From assembly GCA_964016885.1 (NCBI GenBank), contig OZ024740.1, positions 37,820,001 through 37,884,000 on the forward strand: 64,000 nucleotides of DNA, read 5' to 3'. The translations under genes and the position numbers were made by a program. The stretch comes from Eledone cirrhosa (taxonomy: Eukaryota). This document shows positions 1-13,700 of this stretch, in pieces (within the stretch, counting starts at the first letter, position 1; every line of letters begins with the position of its first letter). A model generated the notes under the pieces. That model was not told the origin of the DNA. It was given only the letters and a program-made list of their open reading frames with translations, and did no database searches.

Positions 1-2699
1 TTATTACAGTTAAAAGACAGTATAGTTTGTGACAATACCTAGGTTTAAACAATGGTCCTATGGTTTATTACAGTAAAAAGACAGTATAGTTTGGGACAAT
101 ACCTAGGTTTAAACAATGGTCCTATGGTTTATTACAGTTAAAAGACAGTATAGTTTGTGACAATACCTAGGTTTAAACAATGGTCCTATGGTTTATTACA
201 GTTAAAAGACAGTATAGTTTGTGACTATACCTAGGTTTAAACAAGGTCCTATGGTTTATTATAGTTAAAAGACAGTATAGTTTGTGACAATATCTAGGTT
301 TAAACAATGGTCCTATAGTTTATTACAGTTAAAAGACAGTATAGTTTGTGACAATACCTAGGTTTTAACAATGGTCCTATGGTTTATTACAGTTAAAAGA
401 CAGTATAGTTTGTGACAATACCTAGGTTTTAACAATGGTCCCATGGTTTATTAGTTAAAAGACAGTATAGTTTGTGACAATACCTAGGTTTAAACAATGG
501 TCCTATGGTTTATTACAGTTAAAAGACAGTATAGTTTGTGACAATACCTAGGTTTAAACAATGGTCCTATGGTTTATTACAGTTAAAAGACAGTATAGTT
601 TGTGCCAATACCTAGGTTTAAACAATGGTCCAATGGCTTATTACCGTTAAAAGACAGTATAGTTTGTGCCAATACCTCGGTTTAAACAATGGTCCTATGG
701 TTTATTACAGTTAAAAGACAGTATAGTTTGTGACAATACCTAGGTTTAAACAATGGTCCTATGGTTTATTACAGTTAAAAGACAGTATAGTTTGTGACAA
801 TACCTAGGTTTAAACAATGGTCCTATGGTTTATTACAGTTAAAAGACAGTATAGTTTGTGCCAATACCTAGGTTTAAAGAATGGTCCTATGGTTTATTAC
901 AGTTAAAAGACAGTATAGTTTGTGCCAATACCTAGGTTTAAACAATGGTCCTATGGTTTATTACAGTTAAAAGACAGTATAGTTTGTGCCAATACCTAGG
1001 TTTAAACAATGGTCCTATGGTTTATTACAGTTAAAAGACAGTATACTTTGTGACAATACCTAGGTTTAAACAATGGTCCTATGGTTTATTACACTTAAAA
1101 GACAGTATAGTTTGTGACAATACCTAGGTTTAAACAATGGTCCTATGGTTTATTACAGTTAAAAGACAGTATAGTTTGTGACAATACCTAGGTTTAAACA
1201 ATGGTCCTATGGTTTATTACAGTTAAAAGACAGTATAGTTTGTGACAATACCTAGGTTTAAACAATGGTCCTATGGTTTATTACACTTAAAAGACAGTAT
1301 AGTTTGTGACAATACCTAGGTTTAAACAATGGTCCTATGGTTTATTACAGTTAAAAGACAGTATAGTTTGTGACAATACCTAGGTTTTAACAATGGTCCT
1401 ATGGTTTATTACAGTTAAAAGACAGTATAGTTTGTGACAATACCTAGGTTTAAACAATGGTCCTATGGTTTATTACGGTAAAAAGACAGTATAGTTAGTG
1501 ACAATACCTAGGTTTAAACAATGGTCCTATGGTTTATTACAGTTAAAAGACACTATAGTTTGTGACAATACCTAGGTTTAAACAATGGTCGTATCGTTTA
1601 TTACAGTTAAAAGACAGTATAGTTTGTGCCAATACCTAGGTTTAAACAATGGTCCTATGGTTTATTACAGTTAAAAGACAGTATAGTTTGTGACAATACC
1701 TAGGTTTAAACAATGGTCCTATGGTTTATTACAGTTAAAGGACAGTATAGTTTGTGACAATACCTAGGTTTAAACAATGGTCCTATGGTTTATTACAGTT
1801 AAAAGACAGTATAGTTTGTGACAATACCTAGGTTTAAACAATGGTCCTATGGTATATTACAGTTAAAAGACAGTATAGTTTGTGCCAATACCTAGGTTTA
1901 AACAATGGTCCTATGGTTTATTACAGTTAAAAGACAGTATAGTTTGTGCCAATACCTAGGTTTAAACAATGGTCCTATGGTTTATTACAGTTAAAAGACA
2001 GTATAGTTTGTGACAATACCTAGGTTTAAACAATGGTCCTATGGTTTATTACACTTAAAAGACAGTATAGTTTGTGACAATACCTAGGTTTAAACAATGG
2101 TCCTATGGTTTATTACAGTTAAAAGACAGTATAGTTTGTGACAATACCTAGGTTTAAACAATGGTCCTATGGTTTATTACAGTTAAAAGACAGTATAGTT
2201 TGTGACAATACCTAGGTTTAAACAATGGTCCTATGGTTTATTACAGTTAAAAGACAGTATAGTTTGTGACAATACCTAGGTTTAAACAATGGTCCTATGG
2301 TTTATTACAGTTAAAAGACAGTATAGTTTGTGACAATACCTAGGTTTAAACAATGGTCCTATGGTTTATTACAGTTAAAAGAAAGTATAGTTTGTGACAA
2401 TACCTAGGTTTAAACAATGGTCCTATGGTTTATTACAGTTAAAAGACAGTATAGTTTGTGACAATACCTAGGTTTAAACAATGGTCCTATGGTTTATTAC
2501 AGTTAAAAGAGAGTATAGTTTGTGACAATACCTAGGTTTTAAAATGGTCCTATGGTTTATTAGTTAAAAGACAGTATAGTTTGTGACAATACCTAAGTTT
2601 AAACAATGGTCCTATGGTTTATTACAGTTAAAAGACAGTATAGTATGTGACAATACCTAGGTTTTAACAATGGTCCTATGGTTTATTAGTTAAAAGACA

Positions 2700-4110
2700 G
2701 TATAGTTTGTGACAATACCTAGGTTTAAACAATGGTCCCATGGTTTATTACAGTTAAAGACAGTATAGTTTGTGACTATACCTAGGTTTAAACAATGGTC
2801 CTATGGTTTATTACAGTTAAAAGACAGTATAGTTTGTGACAATACCTAGGTTTAAACAATGGTCCTATGGTTTATTACAGTTAAAAGACAGTATAGTTTG
2901 TGACAATATCTAGGTTTTAACAATGGTCCTATGGTTTATTACAGTTAAAAGACAGTATAGTTTGTGACAATACCTAGGTTTAAACAATGGTCCTATGGTT
3001 TATTACAGTTAAAAGACAGTATAGTTTGTGACAATACCTAGGTTTAAACAATGGTCCTATGGTTTATTACAGTTAAAAGACAGTATAGTTTGTGACAATA
3101 TTTAGCTTTAAACAATGGTCCTATGGTTTATTACAGTTAAAAGACAGTATAGTTTGTGACAATACCTAGGTTTAAACAATGGTCCTATGGTTTATTACAG
3201 TTAAAAGACAGTATATTTTGTGACAATACCTAGGTTTAAACAATGGTCCTATGGTTTATTACAGTTAAAAGACAGTATAGTTTGTGACAATACCAAGGTT
3301 TAAACAATGGTCCTATGGTTTATTACAGTTAAAAGACAGTAAAGTTTGTGACAATACCAAGGTTTTAACAATGGTCCTATGGTTTATTACAGTTAAAAGA
3401 CAGTATAGTTTGTGACAATACCTAGGTTTAAAGAATGGTCCCATGGTTTATTACAGTTAAAGACAGTATAGTTTGTGACTATACCTAGGTTTAAACAATG
3501 GTCCTATGGTTTATTACAGTTAAAAGACAGTATAGTTTGTGACAATACCTAGGTTTAAACAATGGTCCTATGGTTTATTACAGTTAAAAGACAGTATAGT
3601 TTGTGACAATATCTAGGTTTTAACAATGGTCCTATGGTTTATTACAGTTAAAAGACAGTATAGTTTGTGACAATACCTAGGTTTAAACAATGGTCCTATG
3701 GTTTATTACAGTTAAAAGACAGTATAGTTTGTGACAATACCTAGGTTTAAACAATGGTCCTATGGTTTATTACAGTTAAAAGACAGTATAGTTTGTGACA
3801 ATATCTAGCTTTAAACAATGGTCCTATGGTTTATTACAGTTAAAAGACAGTATAGTTTGTGACAATACCTAGGTTTAAACAATGGTCCTATGGTTTATTA
3901 CAGTTAAAAGACAGTATAGTTTGTGACAATACCTAGGTTTAAACAATGGTCCTATGGTTTATTACAGTTAAAAGACAGTATAGTTTGTGACAATACCTAG
4001 GTTTAAACAATGGTCCTATGGTTTATTACAGTTAAAAGACAGTAAAGTTTGTGACAATACCAAGGTTTTAACAATGGTCCTATGGTTTATTACAGTTAAA
4101 AGACAGTATA
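2700..4110 (+). repeat. Local tandem duplication, 703-bp unit (11 monomers), 2 slightly diverged copies
   Basis: Marker GGTCCCATGG followed by TTAAAGAC (1-bp deletion) at 2737 and 3440, offset 703 = 11x64-1. TAGCTTTAAAC (~3103/~3806) and CAGTAAAG...CCAAGGTTTT (~3340/~4043) follow in the same order. A few private differences exist (e.g. ~3102, ~3216, ~3295). Confidence 0.85.
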
Positions 4111-4799
4111 GTTTGTGACAATACCTAGGTTTAAACAATGGTCCTATGGTTTATTACAGTTAAAAGACAGTATAGTTTGTGACAATACCTAGGTTTAAAC
4201 AATGGTCCTCTGGTTTATTACAGTTAAAAGACAGTATAGTTTGGGACAATACCTAGGTTTAAACAATGGTCCTATGGTTTATTACAGTTAAAAGACAGTA
4301 TAGTTTGTGACAATACCTAGGTTTAAACAATGGTCCTATGGTTTATTACAGTTAAAAGACAGTATAGTTTGTGACTATACCTAGGTTTAAACAAGGTCCT
4401 ATGGTTTATTATAGTTAAAAGACAGTATAGTTTGTGACAATATCTAGGTTTAAACAATGGTCCTATAGTTTATTACAGTTAAAAGACAGTATAGTTTGTG
4501 ACAATACCTAGGTTTTAACAATGGTCCTATGGTTTATTAGTTAAAAGACAGTATAGTTTGTGACAATACCTAGGTTTAAACAATGGTCCTATGGTTTATT
4601 ACAGTTAAAAGACAGTATAGTTTGTGCCAATACCTAGGTTTAAACAATGGTCCTATGGTTTATTACCGTTAAAAGACAGTATAATTTGTGCCAATACCTA
4701 GGTTTAAACAATGGTCCTATGGTTTATTACAGTTAAAAGACAGTATAGTTTGTGACAATACCTAGGTTTAAACAATGGTCCTATGGTTTATTACAGTTA

Positions 4800-7700
4800 A
4801 AAGACAGTATAGTTTGTGACAATACCTAGGTTTAAACAATGGTCCTATGGTTTATTACAGTTAAAAGACAGTATAGTTTGTGACAATACCTAGGTTTAAA
4901 CAATGGTCCTATGGTTTATTACAGTTAAAAGACAGTATAGTTTGTGCCAATACGTAGGTTTAAACAATGGTCCTATGGTTTATTACAGTTAAAAGACAGT
5001 ATAGTTTGTGCCAATATCTAGGTTTAAACAATGGTCCTATGGTTTATTACAGTTAAAAGACAGTATAGTTTGTGCCAATACCTAGGTTTAAACAATGGTC
5101 CTATGGTTTATTACAGTTAAAAGACAGTATAGTTTGTGACAATACCTAGGTTTAAACAATGGTCCTATGGTTTATTACACTTAAAAGACAGTATAGTTTG
5201 TGACAATACCTAGGTTTAAACAATGGTCCTATGGTTTATTACAGTTAAAAGACAGTATAGTTTGTGACAATACCTAGGTTTAAACAATGGTCGTATGGTT
5301 TATTACAGTTAAAAGACAGTATAGTTTGTGCCAATACCTAGGTTTAAACAATGGTCCTATGGTTTATTACAGTTAAAAGACAGTATAGTTTGTGACAATA
5401 ACTAGGTTTAAAAAATGGTCCTATGGTTTATTATGGTAAAAAGACAGTATAGTTTGTGACAATACCTAGGTTTAAACAATGGTCCTATGGTTTATTACAG
5501 TTAAAAGACAGTATAGTTTGTGACAATACCTAGGTTTAAACAATGGTCCTATGGTTTATTACAGTTAAAATACAGTATAGTTTGTGACAATACCTAGGTT
5601 TAAACAATGGTCCTATGGTTTATTACAGTTAAAAGACAGCATAGTTTGTGACAATACCTAGGTTTAAACAATGGTCCTATGGTTTATTACAGTTAAAAGA
5701 CAGTATAGTTTGTGACAATACCTAGGTTTTAACAATGGTCCTATGGTTTATTACAGTTAAAAGACAGTATAGTTTGTGAAAATACCTAGGTTTAAACAAT
5801 GGTCCTATGGTTTATTACGGTAAAAAGACAGTATAGTTTGTGACAATACCTAGGTTTAAACAATGGTCCTATGGTTTATTACAGTTAAAAGACAGTATAG
5901 TTTGTGACAATACCTAGGTTTAAACAATGGTCCTATGGTTTATTACAGTTAAAAGACAGTATAGTTTGTGCCAATATCTAGGTTTAAACAATGGTCCTAT
6001 GGTTTATTAGTTAAAAGACAGTATAGTTTGTGACAATACCTAGGTTTTAACAATGGTCCTATGGTTTATTAGTTAAAATACAGTATAGTTTGTGACTATA
6101 CCTAGGTTTAAACAATGGTCGTATGGTTTATTACAGTTAAAAGACAGTATAGTTTGTGACAATACCTAGGTTTAAACAATGGTCCTATGGTTTATTACAG
6201 TTAAAAGACAGTATAGTGTGTGACAATACCTAGGTTTAAACAATGGTCCTATGGTTTATTAGTTAAAAGACAGTATAGTTTGTGACAATACCTAGGTTTA
6301 AACAATGGTCCTATGGTTTATTACGGTAAAAAGACAGTATAGTTTGTGACAATACCTAGGTTTTAACAATGGTCCTATGGTTTATTACAGTTAAAAGACA
6401 GTATAGTTTGTGACAATACCTGGGTTTAAACAATGGTCCTATGGTTTATTATAGTTAAAAGACAGTATAGTTTGTGCCAATACCTAGGTTTAAACAATGG
6501 TCCTATGGTTTATTACAGTTAAAAGACAGTATAGTTTGTGACAATACCTAGGTTTAAACAATGGTCCTATGGTTTATTACAGTTAAAAGACAGTATAGTT
6601 TGTGACAATACCTAGGTTTAAACAATGGTCCTATGGTTTATTACAGTTAAAAGACAGTATAGTTTGTGACAATACCTAGGTTTAAACAATGGTCCTATGG
6701 TTTATTACAGTTAAAAGACAGTATAGTTTGTGACAATACCTAGGTGTAAACAATGGTCCTATGGTTTATTACAGTTAAAAGACAGTATAGTTTGTGACAA
6801 TACCTAGGTTTTAACAATGGTCCTATGGTTTATTACAGTTAAAAGACAGTATAGTTTGTGACAATACCTAGGTTTTAACAATGGTCCTATGGTTTATTAC
6901 AGTTAAAAGACAGTATAGTTTGTGACAATACCTAGGTTTTAACGATGGTCCTATGGTTTATTAGTTAAAAGACAGTATAGTTTGTGACAATATCTAGGTT
7001 TTAACAATGGTCCTATGCTTTATTAGTTAAAAGACAGTATAGTTTGTGACAATACCTAGGTTTTAACAATGGTCCTATGGTTTATTAGTTAAAAGACAGT
7101 ATAGTGTGTGACAATACCTAGGTTTAAACAATGGTCTTATGGTCTATTACAGTTAAAAGACAGTATAATTTGTGACAATACCTAGGTTTAAACAATGGTC
7201 CTGTGGTTTATTACAGTTAAAAGACAGTATAATGTGTGACAATACATAGGTTTAAACAATGGTCCTATGGTTTATTACGGTAAAAAGACAGTATAGTTTG
7301 TGACAATACCTAGGTTTTAAAATGGTCCTATGGTTTATTAGTTAAAAGACAGTATAGTTTGTGACAATACCTAAGTTTAAACAATGGTCCTATGGTTTAT
7401 TACAGTTAAAGACAGTATAGTTTGTGACAATACCTAGGTTTTAACAATGGTCCTATGGTTTATTAGTTAAAAGACAGTATAGTTTGTGACAATACCTAGG
7501 TTTAAACAATGGTCCCATGGTTTATTACAGTTAAAAGACAGTATAGTTTGTGACTATACCTAGGTTTAAACAATGGTCGTATGGTTTATTACAGTTAAAA
7601 GACAGTATAGTTTGTGACAATACCTAGGTTTAAACAATGGTCCTATGGTTTATTACAGTTAAAAGACAGTATAGTTTGTGACAATATCTAGGTTTTAACA

Positions 7701-10700
7701 ATGGTCCTATGGTTTATTACAGTTAAAAGACAGTATAGTTTGTGACAATACCTAGGTTTAAACAATGGTCCTATGGTTTATTACTGTTAAAAGACAGTAT
7801 AGTATGTGACTATACCTAGGTTTAAACAATGGTCCTATGGTTTATTACAGTTAAAAGACAGTATAGTGTGTGACAATACCTAGGTTTAAACAATGGTCCT
7901 ATGGTTTATTACGGTAAAAAGACAGTATAGTTTGTGACAATACCTAGGTTTAAACAATGGTCCTATGGTTTATTACAGTTCAAAGACAGTATAGATTGTG
8001 ACAATACCTAGGTTTAAACAATGGTCCTATGGTTTATTACAGTTAAAAGACAGTATAGTTTGTGACAATACCTAGGTTTAAACAATGGTCCTATGGTTTA
8101 TTACAGTTAAAAGACAGTATAGTTTGTGACAATATCTAGGTTTAAACAATGGTCCTATGGTTTATTATAGTTAAAAGACAGTATAGTTTGTGACAATACC
8201 TAGGTTTAAACAATGGTCCTATGGTTTATTACAGTTAAAAGACAGTATAGTTTGTGACAATACCTAGGTTTAAACAATGGTCCTATGGTTTATTACAGTT
8301 AAAAGACAGTAAAGTTTGTGACAATACCAAGGTTTTAACAATGGTCCTATGGTTTATTACAGTTAAAAGACAGTATAGTTTGTGACAATACCTAGGTTTA
8401 AACAATGGTCCTATGGTTTATTACAGTTAAAAGACAGTATAGTTTGTGACAATACCTAGGTTTAAACAATGGTCCTATGGTTTATTACAGTTAAAAGACA
8501 GTATAGTTTGGGACAATACCTAGGTTTAAACAATGGTCCTATGGTTTATTACAGTTAAAAGACAGTATAGTTTGTGACAATACCTAGGTTTAAACAATGG
8601 TCCTATGGTTTATTACAGTTAAAAGACAGTATAGTTTATGACTATACCTAGGTTTAAACAAGGTCCTATGGTTTATTATAGTTAAAAGACAGTATAGTTT
8701 GTGACAATATCTAGGTTTAAACAATGGTCCTATAGTTTATTACAGTTAAAAGACAGTATAGTTTGTGACAATACCTAGGTTTTAACAATGGTCCTATGGT
8801 TTATTACAGTTAAAAGACAGTATAGTTTGTGACAATACCTAGGTTTTAACAATGGTCCTATGGTTTATTAGTTAAAAGACAGTATAGTTTGTGACAATAC
8901 CCAGGTTTAAACAATGGTCCTATGGTTTATTACAGTTAAAAGACAGTATAGTTTGTGACAATACCTAGGTTTAAACAATGGTCCTATGGTTTATTACAGT
9001 TAAAAGACAGTATAGTTTGTGCCAATACCTAGGTTTAAACAATGGTCCTATGGTTTATTACCGTTAAAAGACAGTATAGTTTGTGCCAATACCTAGGTTT
9101 AAACAATGGTCCTATGGTTTATTACAGTTAAAAGACAGTATAGTTTGTGACAATACCTAGGTTTAAACAATGGTCCTATGGTTTATTACAGTTAAAAGAC
9201 AGTATAGTTTGTGACAATACCTAGGTTTAAACAATGGTCCTATGGTTTATTACAGTTAAAAGACAGTATAGTTTGTGACAATACCTAGGTTTAAACAATG
9301 GTCCTATGGTTTATTACAGTTAAAAGACAGTATAGTTTGTGACAATACCTAGGTTTAAACAATGGTCCTATGGTTTATTACAGTTAAAAGACAGTATAGT
9401 TTGTGCCAATACGTAGGTTTAAACAATGGTCCTATGGTTTATTACAGTTAAAAGACAGTATAGTTTGTGCCAATATCTAGGTTTAAACAATGGTCCTATG
9501 GTTTATTACAGTTAAAAGACAGTATAGTTTGTGCCAATACCTAGGTTTAAACAATGGTCCTATGGTTTATTACAGTTAAAAGACAGTATAGTTTGTGACA
9601 ATACCTAGGTTTAAACAATGGTCCTATGGTTTATTACACTTAAAAGACAGTATAGTTTGTGACAATACCTAGGTTTAAACAATGGTCCTATGGTTTATTA
9701 CAGTTAAAAGACAGTATAGTTTGTGACAATACCTAGGTTTAAACAATGGTCGTATGGTTTATTACAGTTAAAAGACAGTATAGTTTGTGCCAATACCTAG
9801 GTTTAAACAATGGTCCTATGGTTTATTACAGTTAAAAGACAGTATAGTTTGTGACAATAACTAGGTTTAAAAAATGGTCCTATGGTTTATTATGGTAAAA
9901 AGACAGTATAGTTTGTGACAATACCTAGGTTTAAACAATGGTCCTATGGTTTATTACAGTTAAAAGACAGTATAGTTTGTGACAATACCTAGGTTTAAAC
10001 AATGGTCCTATGGTTTATTACAGTTAAAATACAGTATAGTTTGTGACAATACCTAGGTTTAAACAATGGTCCTATGGTTTATTACAGTTAAAAGACAGCA
10101 TAGTTTGTGACAATACCTAGGTTTAAACAATGGTCCTATGGTTTATTACAGTTAAAAGACAGTATAGTTTGTGACAATACCTAGGTTTTAACAATGGTCC
10201 TATGGTTTATTACAGTTAAAAGACAGTATAGTTTGTGAAAATACCTAGGTTTAAACAATGGTCCTATGGTTTATTACGGTAAAAAGACAGTATAGTTTGT
10301 GACAATACCTAGGTTTAAACAATGGTCCTATGGTTTATTACAGTTAAAAGACAGTATAGTTTGTGACAATACCTAGGTTTAAACAATGGTCCTATGGTTT
10401 ATTACAGTTAAAAGACAGTATAGTTTGTGCCAATATCTAGGTTTAAACAATGGTCCTATGGTTTATTAGTTAAAAGACAGTATAGTTTGTGACAATACCT
10501 AGGTTTTAACAATGGTCCTATGGTTTATTAGTTAAAATACAGTATAGTTTGTGACTATACCTAGGTTTAAACAATGGTCGTATGGTTTATTACAGTTAAA
10601 AGACAGTATAGTTTGTGACAATACCTAGGTTTAAACAATGGTCCTATGGTTTATTACAGTTAAAAGACAGTATAGTGTGTGACAATACCTAGGTTTAAAC

Positions 10701-13700
10701 AATGGTCCTATGGTTTATTAGTTAAAAGACAGTATAGTTTGTGACAATACCTAGGTTTAAACAATGGTCCTATGGTTTATTACGGTAAAAAGACAGTATA
10801 GTTTGTGACAATACCTAGGTTTTAACAATGGTCCTATGGTTTATTACAGTTAAAAGACAGTATAGTTTGTGACAATACCTGGGTTTAAACAATGGTCCTA
10901 TGGTTTATTATAGTTAAAAGACAGTATAGTTTGTGCCAATACCTAGGTTTAAACAATGGTCCTATGGTTTATTACAGTTAAAAGACAGTATAGTTTGTGA
11001 CAATACCTAGGTTTAAACAATGGTCCTATGGTTTATTACAGTTAAAAGACAGTATAGTTTGTGACAATACCTAGGTTTAAACAATGGTCCTATGGTTTAT
11101 TACAGTTAAAAGACAGTATAGTTTGTGACAATACCTAGGTTTAAACAATGGTCCTATGGTTTATTACAGTTAAAAGACAGTATAGTTTGTGACAATACCT
11201 AGGTGTAAACAATGGTCCTATGGTTTATTACAGTTAAAAGACAGTATAGTTTGTGACAATACCTAGGTTTTAACAATGGTCCTATGGTTTATTACAGTTA
11301 AAAGACAGTATAGTTTGTGACAATACCTAGGTTTTAACAATGGTCCTATGGTTTATTACAGTTAAAAGACAGTATAGTTTGTGACAATACCTAGGTTTTA
11401 ACGATGGTCCTATGGTTTATTAGTTAAAAGACAGTATAGTTTGTGACAATATCTAGGTTTTAACAATGGTCCTATGCTTTATTAGTTAAAAGACAGTATA
11501 GTTTGTGACAATACCTAGGTTTTAACAATGGTCCTATGGTTTATTAGTTAAAAGACAGTATAGTGTGTGACAATACCTAGGTTTAAACAATGGTCTTATG
11601 GTCTATTACAGTTAAAAGACAGTATAATTTGTGACAATACCTAGGTTTAAACAATGGTCCTGTGGTTTATTACAGTTAAAAGACAGTATAATGTGTGACA
11701 ATACATAGGTTTAAACAATGGTCCTATGGTTTATTACGGTAAAAAGACAGTATAGTTTGTGACAATACCTAGGTTTTAAAATGGTCCTATGGTTTATTAG
11801 TTAAAAGACAGTATAGTTTGTGACAATACCTAAGTTTAAACAATGGTCCTATGGTTTATTACAGTTAAAGACAGTATAGTTTGTGACAATACCTAGGTTT
11901 TAACAATGGTCCTATGGTTTATTAGTTAAAAGACAGTATAGTTTGTGACAATACCTAGGTTTAAACAATGGTCCCATGGTTTATTACAGTTAAAAGACAG
12001 TATAGTTTGTGACTATACCTAGGTTTAAACAATGGTCGTATGGTTTATTACAGTTAAAAGACAGTATAGTTTGTGACAATACCTAGGTTTAAACAATGGT
12101 CCTATGGTTTATTACAGTTAAAAGACAGTATAGTTTGTGACAATATCTAGGTTTTAACAATGGTCCTATGGTTTATTACAGTTAAAAGACAGTATAGTTT
12201 GTGACAATACCTAGGTTTAAACAATGGTCCTATGGTTTATTACTGTTAAAAGACAGTATAGTATGTGACTATACCTAGGTTTAAACAATGGTCCTATGGT
12301 TTATTACAGTTAAAAGACAGTATAGTGTGTGACAATACCTAGGTTTAAACAATGGTCCTATGGTTTATTACGGTAAAAAGACAGTATAGTTTGTGACAAT
12401 ACCTAGGTTTAAACAATGGTCCTATGGTTTATTACAGTTCAAAGACAGTATAGATTGTGACAATACCTAGGTTTAAACAATGGTCCTATGGTTTATTACA
12501 GTTAAAAGACAGTATAGTTTGTGACAATACCTAGGTTTAAACAATGGTCCTATGGTTTATTACAGTTAAAAGACAGTATAGTTTGTGACAATATCTAGGT
12601 TTAAACAATGGTCCTATGGTTTATTATAGTTAAAAGACAGTATAGTTTGTGACAATACCTAGGTTTAAACAATGGTCCTATGGTTTATTACAGTTAAAAG
12701 ACAGTATAGTTTGTGACAATACCTAGGTTTAAACAATGGTCGTATGGTTTATTACAGTTAAAAGACAGTATAGTTTGTGCCAATACCTAGGTTTAAACAA
12801 TGGTCCTATGGTTTATTACAGTTAAAAGACAGTATAGTTTGTGACAATAACTAGGTTTAAAAAATGGTCCTATGGTTTATTATGGTAAAAAGACAGTATA
12901 GTTTGTGACAATACCTAGGTTTAAACAATGGTCCTATGGTTTATTACAGTTAAAAGACAGTATAGTTTGTGACAATACCTAGGTTTAAACAATGGTCCTA
13001 TGGTTTATTACAGTTAAAATACAGTATAGTTTGTGACAATACCTAGGTTTAAACAATGGTCCTATGGTTTATTACAGTTAAAAGACAGCATAGTTTGTGA
13101 CAATACCTAGGTTTAAACAATGGTCCTATGGTTTATTACAGTTAAAAGACAGTATAGTTTGTGACAATACCTAGGTTTTAACAATGGTCCTATGGTTTAT
13201 TACAGTTAAAAGACAGTATAGTTTGTGAAAATACCTAGGTTTAAACAATGGTCCTATGGTTTATTACGGTAAAAAGACAGTATAGTTTGTGACAATACCT
13301 AGGTTTAAACAATGGTCCTATGGTTTATTACAGTTAAAAGACAGTATAGTTTGTGACAATACCTAGGTTTAAACAATGGTCCTATGGTTTATTACAGTTA
13401 AAAGACAGTATAGTTTGTGCCAATATCTAGGTTTAAACAATGGTCCTATGGTTTATTAGTTAAAAGACAGTATAGTTTGTGACAATACCTAGGTTTTAAC
13501 AATGGTCCTATGGTTTATTAGTTAAAATACAGTATAGTTTGTGACTATACCTAGGTTTAAACAATGGTCGTATGGTTTATTACAGTTAAAAGACAGTATA
13601 GTTTGTGACAATACCTAGGTTTAAACAATGGTCCTATGGTTTATTACAGTTAAAAGACAGTATAGTGTGTGACAATACCTAGGTTTAAACAATGGTCCTA

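Noticed and set aside
21-43. Bacterial promoter or CRP-like site (TATAGT, TTGTGA, TGTGA)
   Set aside because: The order and spacing do not fit a sigma70 -35/-10 pair, there is no TCACA half-site, and no genes lie downstream. These are chance matches in AT-rich DNA.
38-47. Telomeric repeat (TAGGTTT resembles TTAGG/TTTAGGG)
   Set aside because: It is a single partial match per monomer, not a tandem telomeric motif, and there are no G-runs.
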